64,000 nt of DNA from Tubulanus polymorphus (lineage: Eukaryota > Animalia > Nemertea). Positions 1-15,000 of the stretch are shown here, piece by piece (the stretch's first letter is position 1; the number at the start of each line of letters is the position of its first letter). The notes beneath the pieces are model-generated. The model saw only the letters and a list, made by a program, of their open reading frames with translations, did no database searches and was not told the DNA's origin. The stretch covers positions 19,661,910-19,725,909 of the forward strand of contig NC_134031.1 of assembly GCF_964204645.1 (NCBI RefSeq). The letters run 5' to 3'. The translations under genes were made by a program, and so were the position numbers.

Positions 1-3000
1 GTGAGATGTATTGCTGACGTTTTCGCATCTCCTGATTCAACTGATCTTTCAATGTAGCGTTCTGAAATAGAGAAAAAAGACAAACTCGATAAAATCTAAA
101 TGTAGAGGCACATATCCTAAGTGAGACGCTTGTTATCGTCATTGAGGAAAACCCACAATATCAATTTCAACAACTGTTATTGTTTCTTTTAACATTTCAG
201 GTGGAATCCTTCCACCTAACCTCACAGGTTATTTGAAATATCATAAGTTTTATTTTCTATTTACGAATAAACTCTGAAGATTATGTAAGCATTATACGGA
301 AGCGGTAAAAGTTGCTTTATAATATTCTATGTTTCGATGTCAGACATATTTTGCCAGTCCAAAGTTGTCTGACATATAGAAGTGAGAGTATGGCACTATT
401 AAACTACAAGAAATATCTGTTTTAAAGAATCAATAGTGAGTTGTTGTTGAAGTTATATTTACCTGTTCCTCGAGTCCTTTAACTCGTTGTCTGTGAGCGC
501 GTTCACGTGACTCGAGAGCTCGTTCTGCTTGAATCTGACCAGTTCTCAGACGCTCGGTTTCCATTTCGGTTTCAGAGCGGTGTCGAGTTGTGAGATCGAT
601 CAGCCTGAAAATATCGACGCAAATTCAATTCATTAAATCACTGCTTTACTATAGTTTGATATCTTGAGACGGACATCATTTGATAACATCAAACCAGCTT
701 GAAATACGAAGTTTAAAATCCGGACATTTCAAAAACTGGATACATTTTATCGGTCAGAATAAAGTGGGGTCTACTGGAGAAACAAGGAATGAAAGATAAT
801 TTGAAACTTGTCTTACCTTTGTGCGTGTTGCTGTTCAGTTTCGGCGAGAGTCTGTTGAAGATTCTGAAGTTGTCTTTGTAATTCCATATTCTCCTCTTCC
901 AATCGACCGAGCGAATGATCGAGAGTTGATTTCTCCGTCAACGACTTGCACGCTACCTCCTCGGTTTTCAACTTTTCGCGTTCGACCTTGTCGAGAGTTT
1001 TCCTCAACGCGTTCTTGTCTTTCTCCAGTCGAATTTGACTGCGTTCGATTTCGCGTTTTTCGTTTTCGATGTTCGCGAGCGTTCGTTGTAACGACGCGAC
1101 GCGTTCCGTCAGAGCTTGTTTCTCCGCCTGAGCTTTCTGCAGACGTTGGTTCAACTCTTGTTCGCTCTCTTGACGCTGGACGATCACCTAAAAGGAGGAA
1201 ATGTTTCAAAATGAGATTCAAATAATACTTAATTTCCTCCCAATCTGTGTAAAGCAATATTGAGGTATAACAACCAAATATCCATTACACTGACAATCTT
1301 CAGGGCCCAGTTTTACAGACTGGTATTATCTTTAACCTGGGAACTCCCCTGGGTTTAAGACCAGTCTACCTATAAAACTGGCCATTACACTGACATTTCA
1401 GAAAAAATGCCTCCACCAATCTTCAGGGGCCAGTTTATCAGACTTATATTATCTTAAACCCAGGGGTTTGGATTCTTATTTTCAATATTCTTGGTCTTTT
1501 ATATTAAACATCATACACTAAAAAGACTAGTGACTAGTCCTAATTAAGATGAAGTATGGCTGAATATCTATTTAACTTACAGTATGAGATTGTCTGACTT
1601 GTCCTTCGATTTCAGCGCGACGTACTTCACTTTCCGACATTTCGTTTTGCAACATTTGCGTGCGTTCCATCAGATTGTGGTTCTGTTTCTTCGCTTCGTT
1701 CAAAGCCAATCTGCAAAAATACCGAAAATTAATGAAATTCAAGATTTTGCAAGCTTCGTAATATCGAGAATAAGAACAAAAATCTAAATGAAAGAGGACG
1801 AACCTGGTTGTATCGAGTCTCTCTTGCAGGACTCGACGATCATGTTCGCTGCTTGTTAACGCTTTCTGTAACTGTTGGCAACGATCCTGCAGTTCCTGGA
1901 TGGTGTTGGTACTGTCGGACAGCGTCATGTTTAGCGCCTGTACCTTGTCCTTCGATGAACTGCCTTCCTCTTCGGTTTTCGCGAGTGAAACGCTCAAACG
2001 ATCGATCGTCAGTTGTAACGACTGAGCTTTGCCTTCGAGATCCTGGATTTGTTTCGTCATTGCTTCGACGCGATCGCCCAAAACCTTTTAAACAAAGAAT
2101 TCAAATGTATTAGCGACTAATTGAATAAAATCCTTATAAGATCAGTCCGTAAGAATCGTATGAATTCAGTAAACTCAGTCGGTAGAATTGGGACTGATGT
2201 AATCACTGATTGAGAATCTGGGAAATTGAAATAAATTCCAAATAATTCTTCATCAAATTCACTCCACACTTGACCGGTTTAATAATTATGTGGTAGATTC
2301 ACAGAATCTGCCACATTTGACTAGAATATCCGAACAGTATTCTGACTGCGAGGTGTCATATGAATAACATGTAAACCTTATAAGACTTGATAGTTTCACG
2401 ATCGACACTTTCTAATATGAAACAATATTCCGGTCCTTTTTTGACGAACATATTTTTCGCTTCAGACTTCGACGATGTTTCCGACTTCGATTCCATGTTT
2501 GAAACTGCTGATTTCATCGATTCCGACTACACAATCCCAGACGTGTCACCGGCTTTACAAGTTTATACCTCCGTAATAATCCGCGCACCTATTACCAGTG
2601 AAATAGACTCTACCCCTCGTCGCATAGATACTATCAACCATCTATACAGCGCTTAAAACTACTAGTAAATATTTCACCAGGTAATTAATGACTCACTGCA
2701 ATCCCGCAGGACTTGAATTGCGTGCAACGTTTGAATCTGTCATTGCGCAATCATGATAACTTTCAAAATGATCCATGTTTAACTAGTCGGACCATTTGAC
2801 ATAAAATCGCGGATTATTCTATGATAGGTGAAATCTTTTATTTCTTCACATGCGAAAAAATAATTGGCTTCAGTTCAGATAAAGGCGAATATGTTCTGAC
2901 CATATGGAATTGATTCATAATTGATGAAGTATATTCTAGTCATCGGAGCTGCACGCGTTATCACTTCTCAAGACTGCACCTCATTAATCATTCATTCAGA

Positions 3001-6000
3001 CTGCCTTTAATTGCCGGTACAATTGTAAGGAAGAGTGCAGTCTAATTCAATTTACCGACATACTTTTCCTCACACGTGCAAGGTTTAAAACAATAACAGG
3101 GTGGCCACTGTCCGCTCATTTACGAATCACTGAGTTTTACAGGATTTTGGTAAAATTTGTCAGATTCCCCGAGTTTTCCCTGATTTTTTTGGAATCCCCG
3201 AGTTTCCGAGGTCAGTGGCCACCCTGACTTTGAGCTGGTGTAGAATAGGAAGTAATTCTCACCTGGTTTTCGGTGTCTTTGTCGGTAAGAACGACTTTCA
3301 AACGTTGCAGATCTCCTTCCATCGAGCGTCGAGTCAATTCTAGTTTAGTGCATCGGTTCTCGGCGTCGTCCAACGCAATTCGCAGGTTCTTCTTATCGTC
3401 TTCAAGTTTCTCTTCGTTCTGTTTCATCTTAGCGATACGTTCCTAAAGTAGAAATATTACAGAAACAATGTCATTCACCAGACTCAATCTTCATCTCAAA
3501 TTATATCAGGTTTGTATATTCACTCCGATTTTGCATCCTATCAGGAAGGAACCAAACAATCAAACTCCAGTAACTCAAAGTTTCCTTTTTCTATATTTTT
3601 GTTGAATTCTTGTAACCATTTGTAAATTGTCATTAGAATGTTATTTCTTTCATGAAATGCTTTTTATGGATTTAACTATATTTTGTTAGAACTTAGTTTT
3701 ATCTAAATAGAGTATACGGTTAAAAAGAAAGAATCCACTTCAGGTGAGGTATCTATAATCAGAGAATGTTTACGTACCTGAGATTGACGTTTTTCAGCTT
3801 CCATAGCCGATAAATTACGTTCCAATGTAGCGACTTTATCGCACAGCGTTTTACGTTCGCGTTCATTGCGACGGATTGTCTCTTCCTGTAACATCAGCGC
3901 GGTCTGAGCTCCGGCCAAACGAGTATCGATACCACGTTTATCTGAAATCCATACAAAACAACATTCTCATTTCAGTTGCAGAAATTACATAGATTTTCAG
4001 CTAGAAGTTGAGAAAGCAATCGCATAAACTTCTCAAGTTGCGAGAATATTCAATTTTTCTAGCTAAAGAAAATTACCAATGATCAAAGTTTGTTAGTTTT
4101 AGTTTAAATCTAGTAAGTATAAAATCATGCCTTACCAAGAAGAACATATACGACAGTATGTGAAAATTTGTACTTTATATTTGCTCATGTCTTATGTCGT
4201 ACAATAAACTTATTTTCAATACCCTGCGTATTATTCAAGCAGATCCTAATGTATGTATAAACACATGGACAGGTGCCAATTTGAAACCCTGGCGTGGGTA
4301 ACCAGGGAACTGTACATTCGGGCAAATACTGAGAAACATGTTCAGACAAGATTCACATTTTGAGGGTCGGACGCTCTGTTAGATTTCATGATTCAAAGGT
4401 TCAAATGCAAAGTATATCACAAAAAAAGTTTTTTTTATAACCAACATATGACCTATTAGGTTCATAGGTAGAAAAGTTTGAAGTCAAACTTATTGAATTA
4501 TGAGTGTATTGAAAGCCTTTCCCTTTCTATTGAAAACTGGTTTTTATTCACGCAATGAGGTTCGCATAAATAATCCATTTATTTTTTGAATGAAAATGAA
4601 CTTTTTATGTCGTGGTTTTTTGTATGATTTTACAGTTAGAATACTGTAGCTAGTAAAATACAATCATCGCATTGATGTCGGTAAATATAGACACATTGAG
4701 AAAATGAGGAAATATAGGAAAGCTGATATCAGGAAACCCTATGATTCTACTTTCAAATTCAGTGCAGCAACTTCTATTTGACTTGGTTTTTACCCTGACA
4801 TGCATGTTGTTTACCTTGAGTTGATTTGTTAAGAATCCAATCAAATAATGCAGTCAAATATGCAGGATATAGATGGAAACTGTTTGATTTTGATTTTTGA
4901 TCTAGCAATCTCAAAATCATTCCCTGACTTTCCCCTGATTCCTAGGTAAGCAGCCGTCCTGTCTTCAGACTCTCTTTGATTAATGAAGGCCTGATTTTAT
5001 ACTATAGTCCTTAGGTTTATACCGATTTGCCGATGGTTGTTTACTGAAAATTTAAATGAAAATTCTTACCTTCTTCGCATTCGAGCATCGTTCTCTGCAG
5101 GTGTTCGAGACGAGCTTCAGTTCGGTCTCGATCTTCTTCCATTTCCTTCAGTTGAACCTGCAGACTACGAGCGGCGCAGACGGCATCGTCGCGTTCGCGC
5201 TCCGAGCCGGCTAACTGCTGTACGAAATCTCTCAACGCCATACGCACGGCTTCTGGGTCGATATCGGCGACATTGACGTCACCACCGCCGCGAGACGGAG
5301 ATAGCGATCTCATCGGGCTACGGGCGCGATCTGGACTGCCAGTTCGCGGAATCGGGCTGCCTCGGCCCTCGGTTGTTGTGGCGAAAGTGTTATCAAAACC
5401 TACGAGGACAAATATGAGATCGAGTTTATTAGCAATTCATAGAAAGCAAAATTGGGATTGGAAGAATTTTGTCGCAATGAGTTTAAGTCAGATTTCGCCA
5501 TGTCCAGGATTTACTGTACGTACCTTTAGTAGGAGATGATGGGCGGGATCTACGAGGACTCGGAGATCGAGTACGAACCGGACTCGCCGATCGCGGCATC
5601 TCCTGACGGAAACCGATCGTACGACGCAGAGTTGAGTGAATGCTGCTCAATTTAAACTCGACGTCTCTCTTTGCGCCTTCGACGCGGGCAAGTTGAGATT
5701 CAAGGGCATTTACGCGACCTTCAGCTCCGCTCAGGTGTAATTTCAACTCGGCGATCTGTAAAATTAAATTCAACGTATTATTTTTCAGAAATATTGATGG
5801 AATCAGTTGTAACTGAGCCGTTCTATGAACTGCTACATACATCAGCATTAGTTGATTCGAGTTGTAATTCCAGATTGTGTCGATTATCTTCCGATTTCTT
5901 CTCGGCGCGACGCGTTTCTTCCAACGCCATCTGGTAGTCTTTCTCTTTCAGACGATTTTCGTCCTCGGTTTCGGCCATCTTGCGTTGAAGATTAGCCAAC

Positions 6001-9000
6001 TCTTTACGCAGCGCTTCGCGGCAAGCCTCGGTCTCGACGACTTTCTGTTTGAGTCCAAAGTTCTCGCGACGTGATTCTTCCTCTTTTTCCTCGTCTCGAG
6101 CGACGCGAACCTGCAAGTCACCGACTTCCTTCGAAAGTTTTCCACGTTCTCCGTCCAACAGTTTCACCTGTCGTCTGAGCTCTTGAAGTTCGCGTCGAGC
6201 GTCTAAACGAGATTTCTCGACCTCGCGTAGATTGGCGCGCAGGTCTCCGGCCTCTTTGGTTACGTTAGCTTTAGCTTCATCCAGAACGCCGATTTTCTGT
6301 TTGGCCTCCGACAGATTACGATTGAGTTCGACTTTGTCAGCTTCTGATTTTTTGACGTGGTTTCGGAGATCGTTAGCAGTTTGAGTGATGGCTTCTTTCT
6401 CACGAACTTCATCATTGATACAACGCTTCAAGTCAGTGATGTCTTTACGCATCAATTCTTTCTGTTCTTCAGCTGTTTATCGATAGAAATCATTAGTTAA
6501 ACATATTTCAATTCAACCATTGATGAAACACTCATTTTTTATTGTTAGTGTAGGATTCCTCAACTACACAAACATGGAATAATTTTCAAAACATATTTCA
6601 GAACATGACAAGCTTTACCTTCTCTGATGTTACGGTTGGCTTCGATCAGGTCGTGTCTGATATTATCACGAGCTTCTTCAACCATCTTCAGTTGTACCTT
6701 CAGTTCAGCGACCTCACGGTGAGCGAGCTCGCGTTGACGTACCATCTCCTTCAGCTGATTGTTCAAATCTTTCAACTCTTTCTCGTGACCGAGTCTGAAA
6801 TGGGAATTAGATCGATTACAACATTTTATCTTTATGCGTGGACAAGAGAAAGACCATTCGCTATACAACTATGTCCCGTTAATTCGGGATATGATTTTGT
6901 GAGTAATACTTACACAGTCTCTTCGAAGTGAGCGCGGAATCGTTTCAGCTCTTGTTGTCCGTTTTGAATGGTAGCCTTGTCCTGATCGGATCGTGCGAGG
7001 GCCTCTCGTTTCAAACGTTCAAAGTCGGTGTTGGCGGCTTCGAGATCGCGTTGAGTATTGTTCAGTTTCTCAGTCAATGAACTCTTCTCTTGTTCAGCGA
7101 TTGACAAAGCCTGGAAAAATAGATTGAATTGTGGAAATTAGTCAAAACAATGAGCCTGTTACTGATGAAAGTAATAATAATAATCGCCATGACTCAACAT
7201 GAAATATGCTATACATATCATAAAGATCTAGGATACAAAAGCATCTAAGGATGGACTCAAATCTTAACGGTTAGGTAACTTTAGGTAACTAATTAGGTAA
7301 CTAATTCCAAAGATATTGCGCACAACAGTGAAAGGTTCTATGACCAGCAAATGGTCCATGGTTGAACTAAAATTGATGATGTTTTTACCTGTTGCTTGTC
7401 ATTTTCAGCCATCAATAATGAATCATCTCGTTCGCGTTGAATTCCGATGATTTCGTTGTTTAATTCCTCTTTTTCCCGTTCGTATCGATTGACGAGATCT
7501 TCTTTCTCCATGTTCTGTTGATGGATCAGATCATCGCGTTGAGCTTCCAGATCAGCTCGCTGGTATTCCTGCGATAAACAACGTCAAATAGACATATTAG
7601 AGAAATATGAATGAAAATGTTATGAGAAAAATTTGTAAATTATCCCGATCGAAGGAGAGAAAATAAGTCCAATTAACTACTCAAGAATGGAAGCAACTTT
7701 AATATGGAACTGAACTGGTCCCAACCTGTCGACAGTGAAAAATAGAGTCATAGACAGACTAACAGACAGACGCAACCTAAACCTGTCTGTTTTGTAAACC
7801 CAAGTCCACGTCTCAGAGCTCAACACACCCGTAGCTCGAAATTCCGACCTGTCACAATTTCGTAGAATTCATCGATTTTTTCTACTGAACAAACTATTTA
7901 AATGTTTACATTCTGTGAAATAGGTAAACATTTCTGAATTCATACCTCGACCGAGCAACCAGTAATAATCACTTTGCACCAAGCCATACTCTTAAATCAC
8001 AGACAACTCAATTGCGTTGATCGCAGAGAGAGCGAAATCATAAAATCAATTGGCACAAGGAAAACATAATTAAACATTCATCATCGCGACTTAGCCTTAG
8101 TCGTTGATGATCAACTACACGAGAATACTATTTCAATTCCCTAGTACTATGTAGAGTCCATAAGAAAATATGGCAAACTGAATAAATCCTACTTTGACAT
8201 CATCAAATGTCATAAAGGCTACAACAGTATTGTAGATAAACTTACAGCTGACCAGCAAACTGTTGTAATCTCCTGCCAGAACATCGATATAGTACTGAGA
8301 GCTTCACAGACGTCATTCACGCGTTTACCACTGATACAAGAATTCGGATTATCCGTATTTATAAAAGGCAACAGCAGCGGATTCCGGCTGAAATTATCAC
8401 CGATAGTTCGACGCGAATTTCGCGACTCGGTTTTCAGTTCAGTTTCCGATTCGTCACAAGTGATAAAGTCCGTATCGTATTCAACGCGATGCTCGTCACG
8501 TTCGCAGTCGTCGGACAGCGGGAAGTCGCTATCCTCGGCCGGCGGATCGCACCGGATCTCGGGAATCGTCGGCAATGAAGCGCGATAATAATCCTTCTCA
8601 TTATTATCCTCACTTTCCTCATCGGTCTCCCAGTTATTTTCATAAGAAGGAATATATTTGGAATTATCGATATATTCGTCGTGGAACTGAACGTGTTTCT
8701 CTTCAGTCGTGCAGTCCTCGGTCGGGATATACGACATATCCATACACCCTGAATCCGGCTCAACAAACTCATTCCGGCCGTTTTGTAACAATCCCTCTTC
8801 ATTGCAGCGACCATCATCGTCACGCCAACCCGGATTATCATCGTCAATGTCTGTGACGTCGGTAACATCTGTATCCCGATAATCGAGAACTAACCACTGC
8901 TCGCGTTGTGGTGGTTTCAGATTTTGATTTGGGTAGTCCAAAATCGGAAAAGTTTGGGTCGTCCAACGAAAAGGCATATTGACCCGAGACGAGATACTGT

Positions 9001-12000
9001 TCACAACAGAGTCAGTGCTTCATTCAATCGAATACTAAACCTTCAACCACGACCAGAGGCTAACACTGATAACATTCCGTATGAGATCTCGACGGAACTG
9101 AACTATACCGAAAATCAGATGAGCTATTGAGAAGTAAATTTACTTAATGCTAACAGTAACCATGGTTTTGTTTGAACGAACGGAGGGCTTAAAGTGTGTA
9201 CATTCGCTGTAATACTAGCCAAACCCTCACTGTCCCTCGTCCGTCTGATAGTTTGGTAAACATCAATGAATACAAACTCATTAACACATTAGCAACTACA
9301 AAACCATGAATGACCGCAATATCGATCAGTGGTCAGTCCTTTGTTATTCACAAATTCCACAATTCGATGTTTATTTATTTTCCGAGATAAAGGTGTCTAA
9401 ACAAAGCAAGAAGCTCTTGACTGAAGGTTCAAATGATGTCCTACGCTGTGTCAATCAGAATATTCAATACTCGATAAGTCATGTTCTTCAAACTTTCGCC
9501 GAGTGAACTTTATCAGTAGACGGATAAAGAAATATTGAGACAATCACATTCAGCAAATATTCATCAGCATTAAAGCATGAAATTGAAACAAACATCTAAA
9601 TGCTTTTTTAAATATGATCATTGCATAACGTGACCTGTGAACATAGGTTGCAAAACCGCCACATAGGAAAATAAACCACGAGGAAAGCTGAGCTGCCTGT
9701 CATACACAGAATAGGGTCTTCGATCCAAGCTATGAACCTTTTGTAGATTTGCATTGAACATTGTGAAACTAAATCCTTAAAAACCGTAAAATCTTATAAA
9801 AGCGAAATATATTTGTACCTTTTCTCTAGTCATGCGTTCGATATCCTCTTCGTGAGATTGTTGTTCTTGTTTCAAAGCCAGACGTAAATCTTTCTCGGTC
9901 TGCTCGAGTTTTTGGTTGAGGTGATCTTTCTGGTGGGTGAGTTTCTCAACTTCGATCTCCATCTCTTTCCTCAGACGAGCGATATCGGCTACAAATATAT
10001 GAATTTAGAATGTATTCGCAGTGAGGTTAAGAACCAATATACAAAACAAGTCCCAAGGATTGAGATCATTCCTTGTCTTAGGCCTCTATCTACAGAACAT
10101 CATAGCGCGGATTACGTCTTACAAGAGTTGCGGCTAAACGTCGTCATTCTATAAGCCATAATTCTCTTCACCGTTTGCAGTTTAAGTTCTGAATGACATC
10201 TGAAAACCCGGGACTCGTAAAGAGTTGAAACAGGTCTCGTCTTGTAACGAGGAAGCCTTACTTTCTCTGACTAAATACACAGATACTACGGGAAGCCGCA
10301 CGGGTATATAAACATTACGGGAAGCCACGTGTGGCGTATTTGAGTATTTACTCGAGTTTCCTATAAGATGAATGGGGTATCAATGGATTTCAATAAGGAA
10401 GGTGTTCTGTTTGTATAGTTAACGGTCACACATCATAGGTAATTTGAAAAATAAACCCAGGGCGACACATTGTAAATGCCCTAAAACATGGACTGGGTCA
10501 CCTGAAAGCCGGTTGTGCAGTCATGGCTTAAATTTGAAACCAGTCTAAAACCATATCAGTTCTATAGACAATCTGACTTGCAGACTTAGGTCTTTACTGC
10601 CCAACTGGACCTAGGTGGTTTTTCAATGCAAGATCACAATTTCTGACACAAATTAGATATAATTTATGGTCATATTCTTTACCTTGCAAGTTCTCCTTTT
10701 TCAGTAGGAGTTCTTGATTTTCACCCTCTAGTTGCTCTTTGCGTGTTTCCAGAACGGCGTTGATCTGTTGAGCTTCGTACAGATGAGTCTCTAACGCTTC
10801 TTTATCGCTCTTGAAACTAGCGATCACTTCGCTCTGCTGACGGTTCTCTCGTTCTCCGGCCGTCAACTGCACGATCAACTCGGCTTTCTCCTTCGTCAGA
10901 TCTTCTTTCTCGCGGGCGACTCGTACGACGGTATCGCTGGATCGTTCGATCTCGTGACGCGCGTTCACGAGCTCCTCGGCCAGCGCCGTCTTCTGGCGAG
11001 TCAACGCGCTGTTATTTTCGATCAGTTCGCCCTTGTCTTTGTTCAAGTTGGCGATTTCGTTTTCGAGACGCATCAGATTTTGTTCGCTGAGTTCGATCGT
11101 ATGGTTCAAGCCTGAAACAAAAGAAATTTCGAATTAAACATCAGGAACTAGAAAAAAAAAACGCTGCAATTCATGACATTCAAAGTTTAGCAATCTGACA
11201 GTTTCCAGATCTATCTAAATCCCATTTTCAGGAAAACGATTTCCAAATACATCAGATGTAACTATAGCGGAACCTTGTTACAACAACAAAATATAATGAG
11301 TTATCGGTTGTTACAGACCTACAATTTCGTCCCAGATTATTTTAATAATTTGGTACTGGATATAACAAACTATTGGTCATAGTGATCATATTTTCTGATC
11401 CCCTGATGTTGTAAAGAGTTTCCACTATTATCCAACATATCATAAATCTATTCGATAGTTTCAGTTAATTGAAGAAAATTCAATGTGAAAATATTCACAG
11501 AATATAAAAAATCAGCCACACAGAAGCATAACACGATACAGAAAGTTTTAACTTATTTTCAAACGCGGAAATGAAAACTGATCTGAGTTTGCATCGACAG
11601 GGAACCAGTATAAAGCGTTGCACTTGACTTAATTTCACTATCGACATCTAAAGCATTTTCACCGGTTTTCTAGAACTCTAGAAACCGGCGCGCGCTGGTC
11701 GTCTGTTTGAATATTGATGAACGTTTTCCGAATTGAGTTAGAATTTACGGATAATTTGTGTTTCGACCACGCGACGTAAAAACCGATATAATTCGATTTT
11801 GAAGGGTCTCGACGCGAGTAATTCTAACTGCATACGGCTACTTGTTGCGATGCACTTTATCAAAACAGAATATACTACAAAAACTTAATGAATCGTTTGA
11901 AAAATACAATATTTATAGCTTCTGCTATTTCTTTTTAAGCGGAAACAAGAATAGATTTCATCTTGCATATTGTAATTCATCATCTTCCCCGAAGCTTCTT

Positions 12001-15000
12001 TCATATATCATCGGCAACTTGAAGCTCAAGGGCGATATTCTCATAATCCAAATGTCGTTATGGTTACAAAACAAAGCCACTCAAAAGAATTTGTAGCCAT
12101 CGATTGATGACAATATTCATTTTAGAGAGTCAGATATTACTCTTTTAGAGAAGAAATAGGGACTAATAATTACTAATTTGAATCAAAGTCATCTTTTTCA
12201 TTTTTTTTTGATGGCGAAAATCATATTTTCTGTCATTTGATAACTAACAACCTAATGGTTTTAATAGAAATGGTTTTTTACAGTCAAAACGTTGAATTAA
12301 CTATTAGTTCAAGGAAACATTTATGACTCATTTTATTCTTAACGTGAGATTTTATGATCAAACCGCGATCAAATTTCACCTCTCTACGGACGCAGAATGA
12401 TTTTTTGCTTACCCATTTTCTGCGTATCGAGTTCCATTTTCTCCTGCTCGACTCGTACGAGTTCCTCGCGGATTCCGTATTTCTCTTGTTCGATCATCTG
12501 TTTCTCGCCGCACAGAGCCGAACGTTCGGCCTCCATCTGCATGATGATCTTATTCAATTCGATCTTGTCCTGTCCGAGGCCTTCGTTCAGAGCTTGCATC
12601 TTCAGCAGAGCATCTCGAAGACTGGCTTCTTCGGTTTTGCCCTTGTTGATATCGAGTTCCAGCTCGGCTTTAATGAGTTCAGCCTTCGATAGTGTTTCAC
12701 CTGAAACGATCACATCAAATTTTTACTTAAATCGTATAAAAAATCCCTGAACCCAGTTCCACAGTTCTGTTAAGCTTTCACTCAGGAGTTGGAAACTATG
12801 AAAACGAGCTTATTTCACTGTTAACCATGAACTGTGGAACTGGATCCTGGTTTGTCTTGGATCTAGTTTTCTATAAGGAATCAAACATAAGGAACTACAG
12901 TGAACCAGGTCTTCACGCGAACTAACTAAAAACCACAAAAATATTATCTGATCAAAAAACACTCGAAAAATGGTGGCAAACTGACAGCTGTCTCGTTCAA
13001 AAACGAACTGTTTGTCTTAGATAACACTGTTAAAGGTTTGATAAGATTCAGACGTAACCGCAAAATTAATGTCGCTTTGAGAATTCAAACTCTCGAGAAA
13101 ATTTATCTATTTTCCGTCACGTATAAAAAGTCAATAATGTAGTAAAATAACGTGTGGTTTTTCTTCGTTTGTTTGCGTTTAATTTGTTTGGTTAATCTCA
13201 ATTCAGTCGAGAATATAGTGGCCAAATATAACTACGGGCTAGAACACGGAGACGCCTCAGCCGCGCATAAATTTGCATTGAAAACGACTTCAAAAAATAA
13301 CCAGAATCGCTAAAACTTACTGATTTCAGCCTTCTCCTGTTCGAGGCAGTCTTTCTCGAGTAGGACTCGATTGAGGGTTTCTTTCACTTGGCATAGTTCT
13401 TCTCTTTGACTAGAAAGTTTGTTGTCTTGTTGTTCGATGTGTCGTAGGCTGAAAATGGACAAAACAATTCGATAAAACATGAAACATGGACAAATTTAGG
13501 TTTTGATGAAAGCTTAATTTTCTAAGGACCGGCCATTTAACAGTTGCTATTTCGGTTAGCAACAATCTGATGAAACCAAAGTCCGAATCGAAAACATCAT
13601 TAGGAAAAAAAATTGAAAAAGATTTTTCTAAAAATTTTCAAAAATGTTTGAGAATAGCTAATGCATCCAGCGTTATTAAAAATGGCGACTACAAAGCGAA
13701 TAAAGTCCTTACAAGTAACACGTGGCCAAAATATAAAAATCCTTCGAGTTTTTTGAATCGGGCGTATTCAGAGTACTACAAACATCTTCCCAATACTCCA
13801 TAGTTCAGATAAACACACAGACACATACACATAGCGGGACTATTACTACTATTACTACTAATACCGGGGTGGCAGGCGGCCGTGCGTAAAAACATATAGG
13901 TCAACGTAGAAAACACGATTAAACACGATTTTAGACAAGATTTTTATAATCCGCGCTTCTCTCGTATTGTATTCAGCTCAATAGAAAAATCGCCAGACCG
14001 TGAATGAAAGAAATGAATATAAAACTTGGACCGGTTTACGACAGTAACCACCACCAGGGCAGTACAGCAACAAAAAAAATATCAGGACCCAGTTCATCAG
14101 TTCTCCGTTGGACTGGTTATCTGTATACCCTAGACGCTATGTACATACTTGGACATTTTGACTCTAAATGGTGACCAGCCGTTCTCGCAAGACTAGAAGC
14201 TCCAACTGAAGTTCGTCGAAGACTAATTGAAATTTGGGGAGAGTAATATTTCATTCGGGCCAACTTGTCACCGGTGTAATTCATAAGAACATTTGTCAAC
14301 AAATCATGAATTCAATTGTTCAAATTGGAGAAGGGTTAATTTGACCAGTCTCATATTACGGGCATTATTACACATTAGTAAAGATAATCACTTCTGAACT
14401 GATTTCTGTTTTCTCAAGCAGCCTGTCTGCTAAGACAAGCACGAACTGGTTTTATGTCAAGTACTTCCTCATTTATGAATACACAATTCTCATGCATGAG
14501 TTGAAGGAGGCCGATCATTAGCAGGCATTAACAAGTTTCCCCCACAGCTTTATTGAATAATTTATTGACCTCATATTCTATAGAGACCAGTGGACAATAA
14601 TTCACAAACAAGTCTTTTGTAAAGATGGCAGAATGCACACACACTTCAAGCACACTTGCTTCACGCACCCAATTCAAAGTAAAGAAACCGGACAAAGTGA
14701 AAGTTTTGTGGTTTCTAAGAGACATGAGAACTGATTTTAACCCGACATAAAGCTAAAGTAATAATTTGCGAGGATTTTTGCAACGCAAAATGATTTTCAT
14801 CAAAAATGGGCACCAATGCAAACTTGCAGGTGTGAAAGAACACCAGAATAGTGGCCTCAGTAACTCAGTGGGACAAAGCATCATTAGCATTCACTATCAG
14901 AACTAAGTGACAAGTGGGTTCGAGTCCTGTTGGCTGCTTACAGTATGCGGGCAACACTTAAGGGCTGTGGTCCCCGTAGTGTGGTTAAATGAACAATATA

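Noticed and set aside
14117-14302. Intronic ORF as another rootletin first exon
   Set aside because: Available donors are not in phase with the next exon (13448 needs phase 2); no supporting motif.
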